Positions 18,121 through 26,876 of a DNA stretch of 64,000 bases are shown piece by piece (within the stretch, counting starts at the first letter, position 1; every line of letters starts with the position of its first letter). The stretch is taken from the sequence record LR699048, one strand, 5' to 3'. The notes under the pieces were generated by a model. That model worked only from the letters and a program-made list of their open reading frames with translations, made no database searches and was not told where the DNA came from. The stretch comes from Escherichia phage VpaE1_ev035. The position numbers and the translations under genes were made by a program.

Positions 18121-18654
18121 CTATAATTGTAGGTTGCATTCTTTACTTACCTCTTCAAGTTTAACCTCAGAATCCTTAAGCCGTTTCTTATGAACTCTGA
18201 ACCTCATTAGTGAGATGATGATACCAGCTAAAGGAACAACATACAAGTACCAGACATCATGCAACTTTGCAGTAATCTGTGTAATGGTCAAGTCTTGAGC
18301 TATGTAGCTGATTGCTGATACAGCTAGTAATGTTGCTAAGAAGAACGCCAGTACCATAACAATACTTAGGCAGCCTCTGGCATGGTGTTCATGCTTAATG
18401 CACTTATTCTTTTCGTCAACAACTCTGTTGTAGTCATTTGCAAAGTCTCTGTAGAAAGCTTTCAAGTATTCTTTATTGTAGCCTTCAAAGCAACCTGTAC
18501 CGTACCAATAATCACCACCAAAATGTGCTATGATACCGGTATCTCCATTCGGTTTGGTTACTCTTAAAGAAGTATGATGGCGAGTATCCTGAAAATCTAT
18601 CTTGTATCTTTCTTCGTAAATCATTTTCCAACCCCTCTCAATCGTTTGTTCCAC
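18121..18654 (-). CDS. hypothetical membrane protein
   Basis: Two long hydrophobic segments (LSIVMVLAFFLATLLAVSAISYI; YLYVVPLAGIIISLM). Confidence 0.5.
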   Translation of the reverse strand: MEQTIERGWKMIYEERYKIDFQDTRHHTSLRVTKPNGDTGIIAHFGGDYWYGTGCFEGYNKEYLKAFYRDFANDYNRVVDEKNKCIKHEHHARGCLSIVMVLAFFLATLLAVSAISYIAQDLTITQITAKLHDVWYLYVVPLAGIIISLMRFRVHKKRLKDSEVKLEEVSKECNLQL

Positions 18655-18971
18655 TCAAGGTCAACAAGCCTTTGCAGGACTTTCCCTCTAGGTGTTACAC
18701 CTTTTAAATCTGCATCATAGCAACGGTAAAAGTCACCTTCAGCGTGTTTACCATAGCATTTTCTGATATTCTGACTCCTACGATATTGTTCTAATAGAGA
18801 CAGCTTGTAGTAATCTTCAACTGTAGTTAGTTTTTTCATTCTTTCACCGTAGTGTTTCTCTAGAAACAAAAAGGGAACTACCTCTCGATAGCTCCCATCA
18901 TAATCAGTGTTGTATACTCGGTCAAGAGTATTTTTTAGGCAGCAATGCACTGCGCTTGTTACTCTCTTCAC
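18621..18971 (-). CDS. hypothetical protein
   Basis: ORF track, 116 aa. Confidence 0.45.
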   Translation of the reverse strand: MKRVTSAVHCCLKNTLDRVYNTDYDGSYREVVPFLFLEKHYGERMKKLTTVEDYYKLSLLEQYRRSQNIRKCYGKHAEGDFYRCYDADLKGVTPRGKVLQRLVDLEWNKRLRGVGK

Positions 18972-19503
18972 TCAATAGTGCAATGAAATCATCACTTTTA
19001 CCTTTCCACGGGCTGAATGAAGGGATATGTTCGCGGATAGCCTCAATCACTGTTTTAAGTGCTGTGTTCTTCATCCACCAATCAGAATCTGCTGATGCTA
19101 CCACGTAGTATCCACCGTCATCTGTGAAGATTGGCTCAGAGATACATGGTGAAATCATAGTGGTAATGATAGAACCATTATTCATGTAGTATGTTCTTTT
19201 TTCAACCTTATCAAGAAGCTTATGAAGGTCTGCAAAGAGACTCACCACCTCTTTATGGTCAATATCTTTTTCAAGATTTGCTCTATATTTCAATAGTGCA
19301 GCATCGACCTCTTTGTCATTGAATTTGAAGTATTGAACTTCTTCATTCACACATACACTGATGTTGTTGGTGTTTATCGTCAATTTGCACAGTTTGACTG
19401 GAGAGTTAATGTTGGTCTGAAAAAGTGCTACACAGCCTTCTACATTCCCGAAATGTTTGACTAATGTAACTTCTGGTTGGATGTGCTCATGTTCTTCTGA
19501 CAT
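18922..19503 (-). CDS. hypothetical protein
   Basis: ORF track, 193 aa. Confidence 0.5.
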   Translation of the reverse strand: MSEEHEHIQPEVTLVKHFGNVEGCVALFQTNINSPVKLCKLTINTNNISVCVNEEVQYFKFNDKEVDAALLKYRANLEKDIDHKEVVSLFADLHKLLDKVEKRTYYMNNGSIITTMISPCISEPIFTDDGGYYVVASADSDWWMKNTALKTVIEAIREHIPSFSPWKGKSDDFIALLSEESNKRSALLPKKYS

Positions 19504-19847
19504 TATAGTTTCCTCATTAAATACTTTTTAAGTTGTGTATTAGGTTTCTCAAAAACTTCTATAGAAGATATCTTGACAGACTCACCACGCATACCTGTAT
19601 GTTTAAATATGTAATACTCTAACATCCCTATGTACTTTGCTGGTAAGTCATGTTTGACATACACTGTTACAGAATCTTCAAATTCAACAACCTTTGTACC
19701 ATCCTTGTAGTTAAACTCTCTAGGGTGGTTGTAGTTATCAATGTCATACATTAAAAAGAGTCTTTTCCGTTGCATGTCAAGCTTATTGGTTAAAGACTCT
19801 TTAATATCTGAGAAGTTTTTGTACACTGTGACATGTAGCTTACTCAT
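19503..19847 (-). CDS. hypothetical protein
   Basis: ORF track, 114 aa; start overlaps upstream stop. Confidence 0.5.
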   Translation of the reverse strand: MSKLHVTVYKNFSDIKESLTNKLDMQRKRLFLMYDIDNYNHPREFNYKDGTKVVEFEDSVTVYVKHDLPAKYIGMLEYYIFKHTGMRGESVKISSIEVFEKPNTQLKKYLMRKL

Positions 19848-20133
19848 CGTTAAACTCTCTGACGAAGAAATAGTTGACTTTGTTATTACCTACCATAAGG
19901 TCAAAGCAGGTATTCTCAAAAGGTTTGTTGTAGGCATCATATGAAACATATGGGTCAGCTACTTGCTTAGTGCTTAACTTCTTACTTGATGGGTTTAAGA
20001 GGCCACCATACAGCTTCTTGATAGCCTCTTCTACAACAGACCAGATAATTTCGTCAGTAATTTCTTCGTACAGGTCAAGTTCACGCTCTAGTGAGAAGTC
20101 ACAAATAGGGAAAACAACCTGTACTTTACTCAT
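19840..20133 (-). CDS. hypothetical protein
   Basis: ORF track, 97 aa. Confidence 0.5.
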   Translation of the reverse strand: MSKVQVVFPICDFSLERELDLYEEITDEIIWSVVEEAIKKLYGGLLNPSSKKLSTKQVADPYVSYDAYNKPFENTCFDLMVGNNKVNYFFVREFNDE

Positions 20134-20528
20134 TAACGAATAACCTGTGAGACTTGAATTGCTTCAGTTACTGACAAATCACCCACTTTCTCTTCTTTGA
20201 TAAAAGTGAAGGTGAGTTCAACAGGCTCTTGTTCTTCTTGCTCAACTGGAACACCATTAAGCTCATCAAAGATTGATTGAGTTGTCCAGTCTTCTCCACC
20301 ATCTGGGTAGTGGATTGCGTAAAGAGGGAACTCTAAATTATACCAAGCAAAAACAGGACAACCATCTGCATCATCTCGACATCTGTGGAGATATGTGTTT
20401 GTACCTTCAAAATGCAAATGAAGATTACCATTCTTCTCAAAGAGAAGAGCATCTTGCAGGTCTAATTCTTCATTTTCACTGTAACGACTGACATCAACTT
20501 TAACGTGGATATGACTGCTATTATTCAT
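20133..20528 (-). CDS. hypothetical acidic protein
   Basis: ORF track, 131 aa. Confidence 0.5.
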   Translation of the reverse strand: MNNSSHIHVKVDVSRYSENEELDLQDALLFEKNGNLHLHFEGTNTYLHRCRDDADGCPVFAWYNLEFPLYAIHYPDGGEDWTTQSIFDELNGVPVEQEEQEPVELTFTFIKEEKVGDLSVTEAIQVSQVIR

Positions 20529-20919
20529 AAAAACCTCTCTCTGCTTGTTCGATTTTTGCTCTTAAAGCTTCGCAATGCTGTAGATGGTAGTTAGCTTCTT
20601 GTTCATGTGTTGCTAACTGCCTTTCCAGAACAGATTTATAGTAACCTGCAAGTTGCTCTTTTGTCAATGGGTGCTCTGAAATAATATCAAGTCCACTTTC
20701 ACCAAGAGGGTTGAATTGTCCATGTTCGTTGACATTGTAAGTCTCAAACTTGAACAGGCCATTGTTCACAGACTCAATAGGTGACAACTCAACAAGCTCT
20801 ACAGTAAACCGTGTATATACCTTGTCACCTCTTGAAACCACATTGTTCCCGACAATGCGTACAAGCGAGCCATTACGAGTGTACTTAAAAGTTCCAAAGT
20901 CACTAGCCCAAAGTTTCAT
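20521..20919 (-). CDS. hypothetical protein
   Basis: ORF track, 132 aa. Confidence 0.5.
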   Translation of the reverse strand: MKLWASDFGTFKYTRNGSLVRIVGNNVVSRGDKVYTRFTVELVELSPIESVNNGLFKFETYNVNEHGQFNPLGESGLDIISEHPLTKEQLAGYYKSVLERQLATHEQEANYHLQHCEALRAKIEQAERGFYE

Positions 20920-20933
20920 AGTTTTCTCCTTAG

Positions 20934-20960
20934 AAAATAAAAAAGGCTCCCGAAGGAGCC
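20934..20960 (-). terminator. rho-independent terminator downstream of lysozyme gene
   Basis: GGCTCC-CGAA-GGAGCC hairpin; on minus strand followed by U6. Confidence 0.65.
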
Positions 20961-20970
20961 TATGAAGATA

Positions 20971-21435
20971 TTACTTTGGGTATACACTGTCAAGATAAAT
21001 GTCAGCTTCCATTCTACGTCTGTTTTTCAGGCCGTTTGAAGTAACCTTCTTACCTTTGACTGTAACCTTGTTCCACCACTGCATAGCTTCTGCACAACCA
21101 ACCTTATTACCAGCATTGTGGCGCTTGATAAATGTAGAGTCCTGCATAGCCGTGATACCAATGTTGTATGTTTCACTTACAAGTGCGTCAAACTCATTCT
21201 GAGAAGTTGGAACCTTGACGGCTTTGTTAACTGCTGCAACGAACTTTTCAACATCTGCGAGAAGATACTGTTCAGCTTGTTCAGCGGTAATTTTCATACC
21301 CATCTTAACAGGTTTACCAGCAATACGGATAGTCCCATACCCAATTGTGGGGATTCCAGCAGAATCTTCGTAAGCCTCAAGCTTAAGACCTTCAAAGAAC
21401 TTAATAGCTTCTAAACCTTTTCTTGAGAGTTGCAT
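20971..21435 (-). CDS. endolysin, glycoside hydrolase family 24 lysozyme
   Basis: Motif LEAIKFFEGLKLEAYEDSAGIPTIGYGT (catalytic E ... TIGYG) typical of T4/lambda-type lysozymes. Confidence 0.85.
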   Translation of the reverse strand: MQLSRKGLEAIKFFEGLKLEAYEDSAGIPTIGYGTIRIAGKPVKMGMKITAEQAEQYLLADVEKFVAAVNKAVKVPTSQNEFDALVSETYNIGITAMQDSTFIKRHNAGNKVGCAEAMQWWNKVTVKGKKVTSNGLKNRRRMEADIYLDSVYPK

Positions 21436-22571
21436 TATGCCTCCCCTGCTGGGTTAACTGTAACTGTTGCCGCATTAGATGTTACAGAGCCACCTGCACC
21501 AGTAACTACACAAGTGTAGCTTCCTGAATCAGCAGCGGTTGCACCTTCTTTGGTGTAAGTTGCAGTAGTTGCATCGAGGATGTCTTCCTCACCTTTCTTC
21601 CACTGGTAACCTGTCGCACCTGTTGCCACAACATTCAGCGTTAAGGTCTCACCTTCATTGATTTCTTGATTGGTTGGTTGCTGAGTGATTACTGGAAGTG
21701 CATTCACAGTAACTGTTGCTGCATTGGATGTGACTGTTGTACCACCAGCACCAGTAACTACACAGGTGTATGAACCTGCATCTGCTGGCAGCGCACCAGA
21801 CTTGCTATAGGTAGCCTCTGTAGCCGAAGGAATGTCAGAGCCATCTTTCTTCCACTGGTAACCCGTTGCACCCGTTGCAGTCACTTCCAAGCTGATGTTT
21901 CCACCCTCATTGATGGTCTGGCTAGAAGGTTGCTGTGTAATCACAGGCAGTGCGTTGACAGTAACTGTTGCCGCATCTGAGGTAACACTTGTACCAGCCT
22001 CTCCAGACACAACACAAGTATAAGAACCAGCATCAGAAGGTGCTACAGACTGTTTTGTGTAGGTTGCAGATGTGGCGCTAGTGATATCCTCACCATCTTT
22101 TTTCCATTGATATCCAGTGGCATTAGTTGCAATAACGCTTAGGGTAAGTGTGCCACCTTCATTTACTGTTTGATTGGTTGGTTGCTGAGTGATTGATGGT
22201 GGCTTGATAGCATCCTTCAACTTAGCATTCAACATTGAGAACGGTTTAACTCTTGCCAGCCATTCACAATAAACTGTGTCAACGTCTTTACCATTGATAA
22301 TTGCATATTGTAAGTCCATGAAGAAGTCAGAAGTTCTCATTTGAGCACCGATGCTGTAAAGCAACTCATCACTAAATGGGACTTTATAGTCTGGTTTGTA
22401 GTCAAACTTCTCAACTTCTGCAATATCAGCTTCAGGCCAATATGAACTATATGTGAGTGGTAAAATAGCCTCTTGATATGTTCTAAAATCATATCTCTTA
22501 CCAGCCTTTACATTTGCAACGAAGCCCTTCACAAACTCTTTGAAGTCTGGGTAAGTCTTTGCTTTAATCAT
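21435..22571 (-). CDS. protein with N-terminal domain paralogous to neighbour and three C-terminal Ig-like domains
   Basis: Three ~85-aa repeats ...ITQQP(T/S)NQ.INEGG...TGYQWKK(D/G)...AGSYTCVV(S/T)G..G(T/S)..S.AATVTVN, Ig-like G.Y.C signature; N-terminus aligns with 22568-22939 product. Confidence 0.6.
   Translation of the reverse strand: MIKAKTYPDFKEFVKGFVANVKAGKRYDFRTYQEAILPLTYSSYWPEADIAEVEKFDYKPDYKVPFSDELLYSIGAQMRTSDFFMDLQYAIINGKDVDTVYCEWLARVKPFSMLNAKLKDAIKPPSITQQPTNQTVNEGGTLTLSVIATNATGYQWKKDGEDITSATSATYTKQSVAPSDAGSYTCVVSGEAGTSVTSDAATVTVNALPVITQQPSSQTINEGGNISLEVTATGATGYQWKKDGSDIPSATEATYSKSGALPADAGSYTCVVTGAGGTTVTSNAATVTVNALPVITQQPTNQEINEGETLTLNVVATGATGYQWKKGEEDILDATTATYTKEGATAADSGSYTCVVTGAGGSVTSNAATVTVNPAGEA
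21440..22200 (-). repeat. three tandem ~250-bp coding repeats (Ig-like domain triplication)
   Basis: Near-repeated DNA units visible within CDS 21435-22571. Confidence 0.6.
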
Positions 22572-22939
22572 TTCTTTTTAGCCTCTAAATGTGCGTTTAG
22601 TCTAAAATAACCTTTGTGATGCGGAGATACATCACCAACAACAATGCCTTTAACCTTATAACCTTTACCAATTACATACTGGATATCCATAAGGAATCTT
22701 CCAAGTCCAACAATATGGAACATTGGATATAATAGATTCTCAGAATCTGGAATATTGATTTCAGGTTTGTAGGTGCGTTGTTCGCTTGTTGGTGTAATAT
22801 CTTCTTCAGGCCATTTACTGAGTCTCCATGTCAAAGGTGTTGGGATGACATCATTAAGGTTGTACCTTTCACCATTTTGCACGGAATTGATATAGGATTG
22901 TAGGAAGCAATAAAAGTCTTTTGCACTCTTAGCTTTCAT
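22568..22939 (-). CDS. hypothetical protein, paralog of the N-terminal domain of 21435-22571
   Basis: Shared blocks MKAK..DF..F...YIN.V..G.RY, WPE.DI, YKP...P.S..LLY, FLMD(I/L)QY(V/A)I. Confidence 0.5.
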   Translation of the reverse strand: MKAKSAKDFYCFLQSYINSVQNGERYNLNDVIPTPLTWRLSKWPEEDITPTSEQRTYKPEINIPDSENLLYPMFHIVGLGRFLMDIQYVIGKGYKVKGIVVGDVSPHHKGYFRLNAHLEAKKK

Positions 22940-22986
22940 TAAATATCCTTATAAATAGTTAAAGGGGCATCAGCCCCTATTCACAC

Positions 22987-23577
22987 TTAAGCTTTGGTCT
23001 TAAGTAGGTTCTTAAGTTTTTTAAGATTCATACTCTCATCAAACTTAAAACCAAATCCATTGACATAATCAATGAACTCGGATTTCTTACTGAGTGACAA
23101 TGCGTAACTCATATCAAAGTTCTTACTTGTTTCTGCGTCTGGACTAGAGTTCACATCAAATGAAATTTCTGTAGGCTCTTGCTTACTTTTTCTCATATTA
23201 TCAACCAACAAACATGTATAGTTTGCTGGATAGAAGTTTACACTACCATCAACGTAGCTGTACTTATTATTATGGATAAGGTTTGAAAATACCTTAAGGA
23301 ATGTTTCTGAGTCGTGGCAAACAAGTTTGAATTGGCTGCTCTCTCCAAGCGCAACTAATGAGTACGGACTTTCACTATCAAAGTCATAATTTGGATTCGA
23401 TGCCGTTACTGTTACACGCATCAAGTTATTAGCAATAGTCTTCTGTTTAAAAGAATTTTGAACGTAGTGAAGACCTCTATCACACTGATTGACTAGCTCT
23501 TTAAGCAGGTCATTTGCATATGGTGAATTAATTGATACAGAGCCATCACTATTGTAATTAAAACTTACTGTTAACAT
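22987..23577 (-). CDS. hypothetical protein
   Basis: ORF track, 196 aa. Confidence 0.5.
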   Translation of the reverse strand: MLTVSFNYNSDGSVSINSPYANDLLKELVNQCDRGLHYVQNSFKQKTIANNLMRVTVTASNPNYDFDSESPYSLVALGESSQFKLVCHDSETFLKVFSNLIHNNKYSYVDGSVNFYPANYTCLLVDNMRKSKQEPTEISFDVNSSPDAETSKNFDMSYALSLSKKSEFIDYVNGFGFKFDESMNLKKLKNLLKTKA

Positions 23578-23804
23578 TTTTCAGTTCTCCTGCGATTTAT
23601 AATTTTGCTGCAATAGAGAAACGAAGTAAACTCACTGGAAGAAACCATCAAGTGTTGTTCACTAGATTGAGCCATTGCCCTGAAATACATTCCAGTCAAA
23701 GCATCATAGTGACTATTCTTTCCAATTGAGGTTATATAGCCATGACTCTTTGCAGTTTGATATAAATCTATAATATCTGCGATTTCTAATTGGGAACTAC
23801 ACAT
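23571..23804 (-). CDS. hypothetical small protein
   Basis: ORF track, 77 aa. Confidence 0.35.
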   Translation of the reverse strand: MCSSQLEIADIIDLYQTAKSHGYITSIGKNSHYDALTGMYFRAMAQSSEQHLMVSSSEFTSFLYCSKIINRRRTEKC

Positions 23805-24127
23805 AGATAATCCTCTTGTCTTCTGTAATTTTGAAAGAACAGGTACAGACCAATTTCAGAGGATGAATAGTAGATTAACTCTACCCTTTTTGATTCCTTA
23901 CAGCGATTGGTATTCTTACCTTTCTTCGGTTTATTTGATTTTCTCATTAAGTCTCCTTTGTAGAACAAGGCAGACCTACAGCTTTAAGTAAGATGGTACA
24001 GTAATCCATACAACAAGTCAAGAACTATTGCAAGTTAAAAAAGTTGTTGACAAAGTACTTGACAAGGTGTAGGCTTATAAATACTTAGAAGATAACTTAA
24101 AAGGTTCCTCTAAAAAGGCTATTTAAA

Positions 24128-24148
24128 CAGATATCTTTCTGGATATCT
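24128..24148. promoter_or_regulatory. palindromic operator-like site (AGATATC-N6-GATATCT) in divergent intergenic region
   Basis: Inverted repeat between the minus-strand block and + strand gene 24197; TTGACA boxes at ~24040 and ~24057 nearby. Confidence 0.25.
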
Positions 24149-24196
24149 ATCTTTTATCTTAAAAGCCTTTTAAGAGGTCTTATAAGAGGCATACCA

Positions 24197-24568
24197 ATGA
24201 AAAACAGAACAAACAAAGGCCAGTTTAAAAAAGGCCAATCTGGAAACCCATCTGGAAGACCAAAAGGCTCTCGTAACAAAAGCTCACTTGTAAAAGCTCA
24301 ACTGACCATTGATAATTCTGCTGAGTTTGCTGCAAAGTTGTTTGAGGCGATTGTTACAAGGGACGCTGCTAAGCTTGCAGAGTTCGGGTTAAACACAGAC
24401 GATGTAACCATCAAGAGTATGATTGAGGTCGGTAAAACTATCATGACTCACTCAGCAGGTGAGATGAAAGCCATTGCAGCAGACACTAAGAAGACTCCTG
24501 ATAACGGTGGTCAGTCTCAGACAGATAACAAACCAACGTTCTCTGCTGTTGCAACCCTCAAAAAATAA
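24197..24568 (+). CDS. hypothetical protein with basic N-terminal SGNPSGRPKG motif
   Basis: N-terminus KGQFKKGQSGNPSGRPKGSRNK, a Gly/Pro/basic motif seen in some phage DNA-binding proteins; family not assigned. Confidence 0.45.
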   Translation: MKNRTNKGQFKKGQSGNPSGRPKGSRNKSSLVKAQLTIDNSAEFAAKLFEAIVTRDAAKLAEFGLNTDDVTIKSMIEVGKTIMTHSAGEMKAIAADTKKTPDNGGQSQTDNKPTFSAVATLKK

Positions 24569-24649
24569 TTTTAAAAGATGTTGACAGACTCTATAAAGTT
24601 ACTCTAAAGTCTGTCACATCAAACAACAAATGAGAGAAGAGAGTAAAAT

Positions 24650-26065
24650 ATGAGCGAATTATTTAAACATGCGCACCTTCATGCAGGTCGAACTGAAAAT
24701 GGTGCTGTAAACCATACTTCATCAATGTCTGCTCTTGTAGACTTTTACAAAGCTGCTGGTTCTAGCCGTAGCAACGTAGAAATCTTACCAGACCTGTTCT
24801 ACAAAGCTTTGCGTGAGGATGTTGATGTTGCAGTTCGTATTTTGCTTCATATGCGAGATGTACGAGAAGGTATGGGTGAGCGTAAAGCCTTCAGAACTGT
24901 TTTGCTTCAAGCAATTGAAGATAAAGTTTTAGAGCCTACACAGGTTCTTCGCATTATGGATAAGATTGCAGAACTTGGTCGTTTTGATGACTTCAAAATC
25001 TTCGTAGGTACTCGTTTCGAGACAGATGCCTTCAAACATTTAGAAGCAGCATTACTAGACCCTGCAACAGCAGGTTTGGCAGCCAAGTGGCTACCACGAG
25101 TCAAACCACGTCATAAGCAGTTTGTAAAACGTTTCTGCAAGTTTGCCAACTTGAGTGAGAAAGAGTACCGCACACTGTTGTCTGCACTATCTGATACAGT
25201 TGAGCAAAAAATCTCTGCTAATGAGTTTGGTAAGATTGACTACAGTAAGATTCCTTCACTTGCTGCTGCACGTTACCAAAACCTGTTTAACCGTAAAGAT
25301 GGAGAGCGTTACAAAGCTTACATCGAGTCCTTATCAAAAGGTGAGACTAAGATTAACGCTGGTGCTGTTTACCCATACGATGTGATTAAATCTGTCAAGT
25401 ATGGTAATGCAGATGTTGCTAATGAGCAGTGGAAATCACTACCAAACTGGATGGCAGAAGGTGAAAACATCTTGTGTATGTCTGATGTATCAAGTTCAAT
25501 GTCTTGGGTGAATTTTGGCTCCATTACTGCTCTGGATATTGGTGTATCACTTGCCTTGTATGTAGCAGAACGCAATACAGGTTGCTTTAAGGATGAGTTG
25601 ATGGTTTATTCAACAAACCCTCACTTCATCGAACTGAGTGGTGATTTACGAAACCGTCATCGTCAGGTGATGCGACACGTTGAATATGGCTCAACCAACT
25701 TACAAGCAGCTTTTGACCGCATTCTTGAGATAGGTAAGAGAAACAACTTGACTCAGGAAGATATGCCAAGTAAGCTTATCATCTTCTCCGATATGGAGTT
25801 CAATCAGGTTGATGGAGCTAACGGTCGTACAAACTTTGAAGCAATTCAGAGCAAGTACAAGAAAGCTGGATATGAGATGCCACAACTGGTATTCTGGTAC
25901 TTAGCAAACCGTAATGGTACTTGCGAAGTGTCTGTTAAGGATAACGGTGTAGCAATGGTATCTGGTTTCTCTCCCGCCACTTTAAAAGCTCTGCTTGGTG
26001 GTGAGAAGTTTGACCCAATCAGCGTAATGCTCAAAGCAGTAATGATTGACCGTTATATCTGGTAA
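24650..26065 (+). CDS. vWA (MIDAS) domain protein with N-terminal helical domain; candidate Ro60/TROVE-like or DUF2828-like protein
   Basis: C-terminal half carries the vWA MIDAS signature in order: CMSDVSSSM (DxSxS), GSTNLQAAF (GxT), LIIFSDMEF (D); N-terminal ~250 aa predicted helical; TROVE assignment is an inference from architecture only. Confidence 0.55.
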   Translation: MSELFKHAHLHAGRTENGAVNHTSSMSALVDFYKAAGSSRSNVEILPDLFYKALREDVDVAVRILLHMRDVREGMGERKAFRTVLLQAIEDKVLEPTQVLRIMDKIAELGRFDDFKIFVGTRFETDAFKHLEAALLDPATAGLAAKWLPRVKPRHKQFVKRFCKFANLSEKEYRTLLSALSDTVEQKISANEFGKIDYSKIPSLAAARYQNLFNRKDGERYKAYIESLSKGETKINAGAVYPYDVIKSVKYGNADVANEQWKSLPNWMAEGENILCMSDVSSSMSWVNFGSITALDIGVSLALYVAERNTGCFKDELMVYSTNPHFIELSGDLRNRHRQVMRHVEYGSTNLQAAFDRILEIGKRNNLTQEDMPSKLIIFSDMEFNQVDGANGRTNFEAIQSKYKKAGYEMPQLVFWYLANRNGTCEVSVKDNGVAMVSGFSPATLKALLGGEKFDPISVMLKAVMIDRYIW

Positions 26066-26083
26066 AAAGTTTTAAAAAGGGTA

Positions 26084-26112
26084 TTGACAATGTGTTTAAT
26101 ACCCTTTAATAT
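26084..26112 (+). promoter_or_regulatory. sigma70-like promoter (TTGACA-N17-TAATAT) embedded in a palindrome, upstream of the tRNA array
   Basis: -35 26084-26089, -10 26107-26112; inverted repeat AGGGTAT/ATACCCT brackets the -35 and spacer. Confidence 0.5.
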
Positions 26113-26174
26113 GTTCTACATAGAAACGAAATGAGAGCTTTTCTAAGATACTGAAAAATATTTTAAAAAAGTTC

Positions 26175-26203
26175 TTGACAATCACTAAAAAATAATGTTA
26201 AAG
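26175..26203 (+). promoter_or_regulatory. possible second promoter (TTGACA-N17-TTAAAG, weak -10)
   Basis: Consensus -35 at 26175-26180, poor -10. Confidence 0.25.
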
Positions 26204-26230
26204 TGGTTACATAGAGTTTGAAAAGTTTAT

Positions 26231-26307
26231 CTCTGTTTAGCTCAGCTTGGTAGAGCGTTCCGTTTGGGGCGGTAAGGCCGGAGGTTCAAGTCCTCCAACA
26301 GAGACCA
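26231..26307 (+). tRNA. tRNA-Pro (anticodon UGG)
   Basis: Manual cloverleaf: acceptor CTCTGTT/AACAGAG (C1-G72), D-arm AGCTCAGCTTGGTAGAGC, loop UUUGGGG, T-arm GGAGG-TTCAAGT-CCTCC, encoded CCA. Confidence 0.75.
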
Positions 26308-26314
26308 AATTAAT

Positions 26315-26392
26315 GTTCCAGTGGACAAAATGGTAAAGTCACCACTCTTTCAAAGTGGATATTTGAGGGTTCAAATCCCTTCTGGAACGCCA
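26315..26392 (+). tRNA. tRNA-Glu (anticodon UUC)
   Basis: Acceptor GTTCCAG/CTGGAAC, anticodon stem CCACT/AGTGG with loop CUUUCAA, T-loop TTCAAAT, CCA. Confidence 0.75.
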
Positions 26393-26397
26393 GTTTT

Positions 26398-26475
26398 GAC
26401 AGAAGACCAATTACAGCAAGTTTAATCTTATTCATCTGAAGGTAAATCGGACAAAGAAGAGATTTGGTCTGGTCA
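26398..26475 (+). ncRNA. conserved structured tRNA-spacer element, copy 1
   Basis: 5' box GACAGAAGACCAATTACAGCAAG and 3' box TTTGGTCTGGTC fold as lower helix GAC/GUC, internal loop AGA opposite G, upper helix AGACCAA/UUGGUCU; ~43-nt apical region. Confidence 0.45.
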
Positions 26476-26483
26476 TTAAGAAT

Positions 26484-26560
26484 TGCGGGTATAGAGAAAT
26501 GGCGTCTCACATGTCTCATTAGCATGGTATCGGCAGGTTCGACTCCTGCACCCGCCTCCA
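26484..26560 (+). tRNA. tRNA-Met or Ile2 (anticodon CAU), non-canonical 1:72 pair
   Basis: Anticodon stem CATGT/GCATG, loop CUCAUUA; T-arm GCAGG-TTCGACT-CCTGC; acceptor pairs 6/7 with position 1 unpaired; CCA. Confidence 0.55.
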
Positions 26561-26564
26561 ATTT

Positions 26565-26629
26565 TGCAGAAGACCGTATTCAGCAACAAAATACTTTTTG
26601 CGGATAAAAGAAAAAACACGGTCTGGCAA
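26565..26629 (+). ncRNA. conserved structured tRNA-spacer element, copy 2
   Basis: 5' box TGCAGAAGACCGTATTCAGCAAC, 3' box ACACGGTCTGGCA; lower helix UGC/GCA (compensatory vs copy 1), same AGA/G internal loop, upper helix AGACCGU/ACGGUCU. Confidence 0.45.
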
Positions 26630-26637
26630 TGTATTAA

Positions 26638-26714
26638 GGTTAGGAAGCACATAAGGTATGTGCGGTCGCCTGTTAAGCGAATGGCACAGGGTTCGAATCC
26701 CTGACTAACCGCCA
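26638..26714 (+). tRNA. tRNA-Asn (anticodon GUU)
   Basis: Acceptor GGTTAGG/ACTAACC, D-stem GCAC/GTGC, loop CUGUUAA, T-arm CAGGG-TTCGAAT-CCCTG, CCA. Confidence 0.75.
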
Positions 26715-26783
26715 AATTTAGGAGAGAAGCGATTGCTCACCGATTTGTAAGGTGCAAGTCCTTAGCCTGAATAGAAATTAAAT

Positions 26784-26871
26784 GTGTCGTTATCCCGTAG
26801 ATGGTAGCGGTGGGGACTGTAAATCCCTTGTCATTGAGACTCGGTAGGTTCGACTCCTACACGGCACACCA
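26784..26871 (+). tRNA. tRNA-Tyr (anticodon GUA), long variable arm
   Basis: Acceptor GTGTCGT/ACGGCAC, anticodon stem GGGA/TCCC with loop CUGUAAA, ~16-nt variable arm, T-arm GTAGG-TTCGACT-CCTAC, CCA. Confidence 0.7.
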
Positions 26872-26876
26872 ATAAA

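Noticed and set aside
23786-23968. 60-aa minus-strand ORF at the head of the minus-strand block
   Set aside because: Overlaps the 23571-23804 ORF, lies in the divergent promoter region, and has an atypical basic low-complexity sequence; probably non-coding leader.
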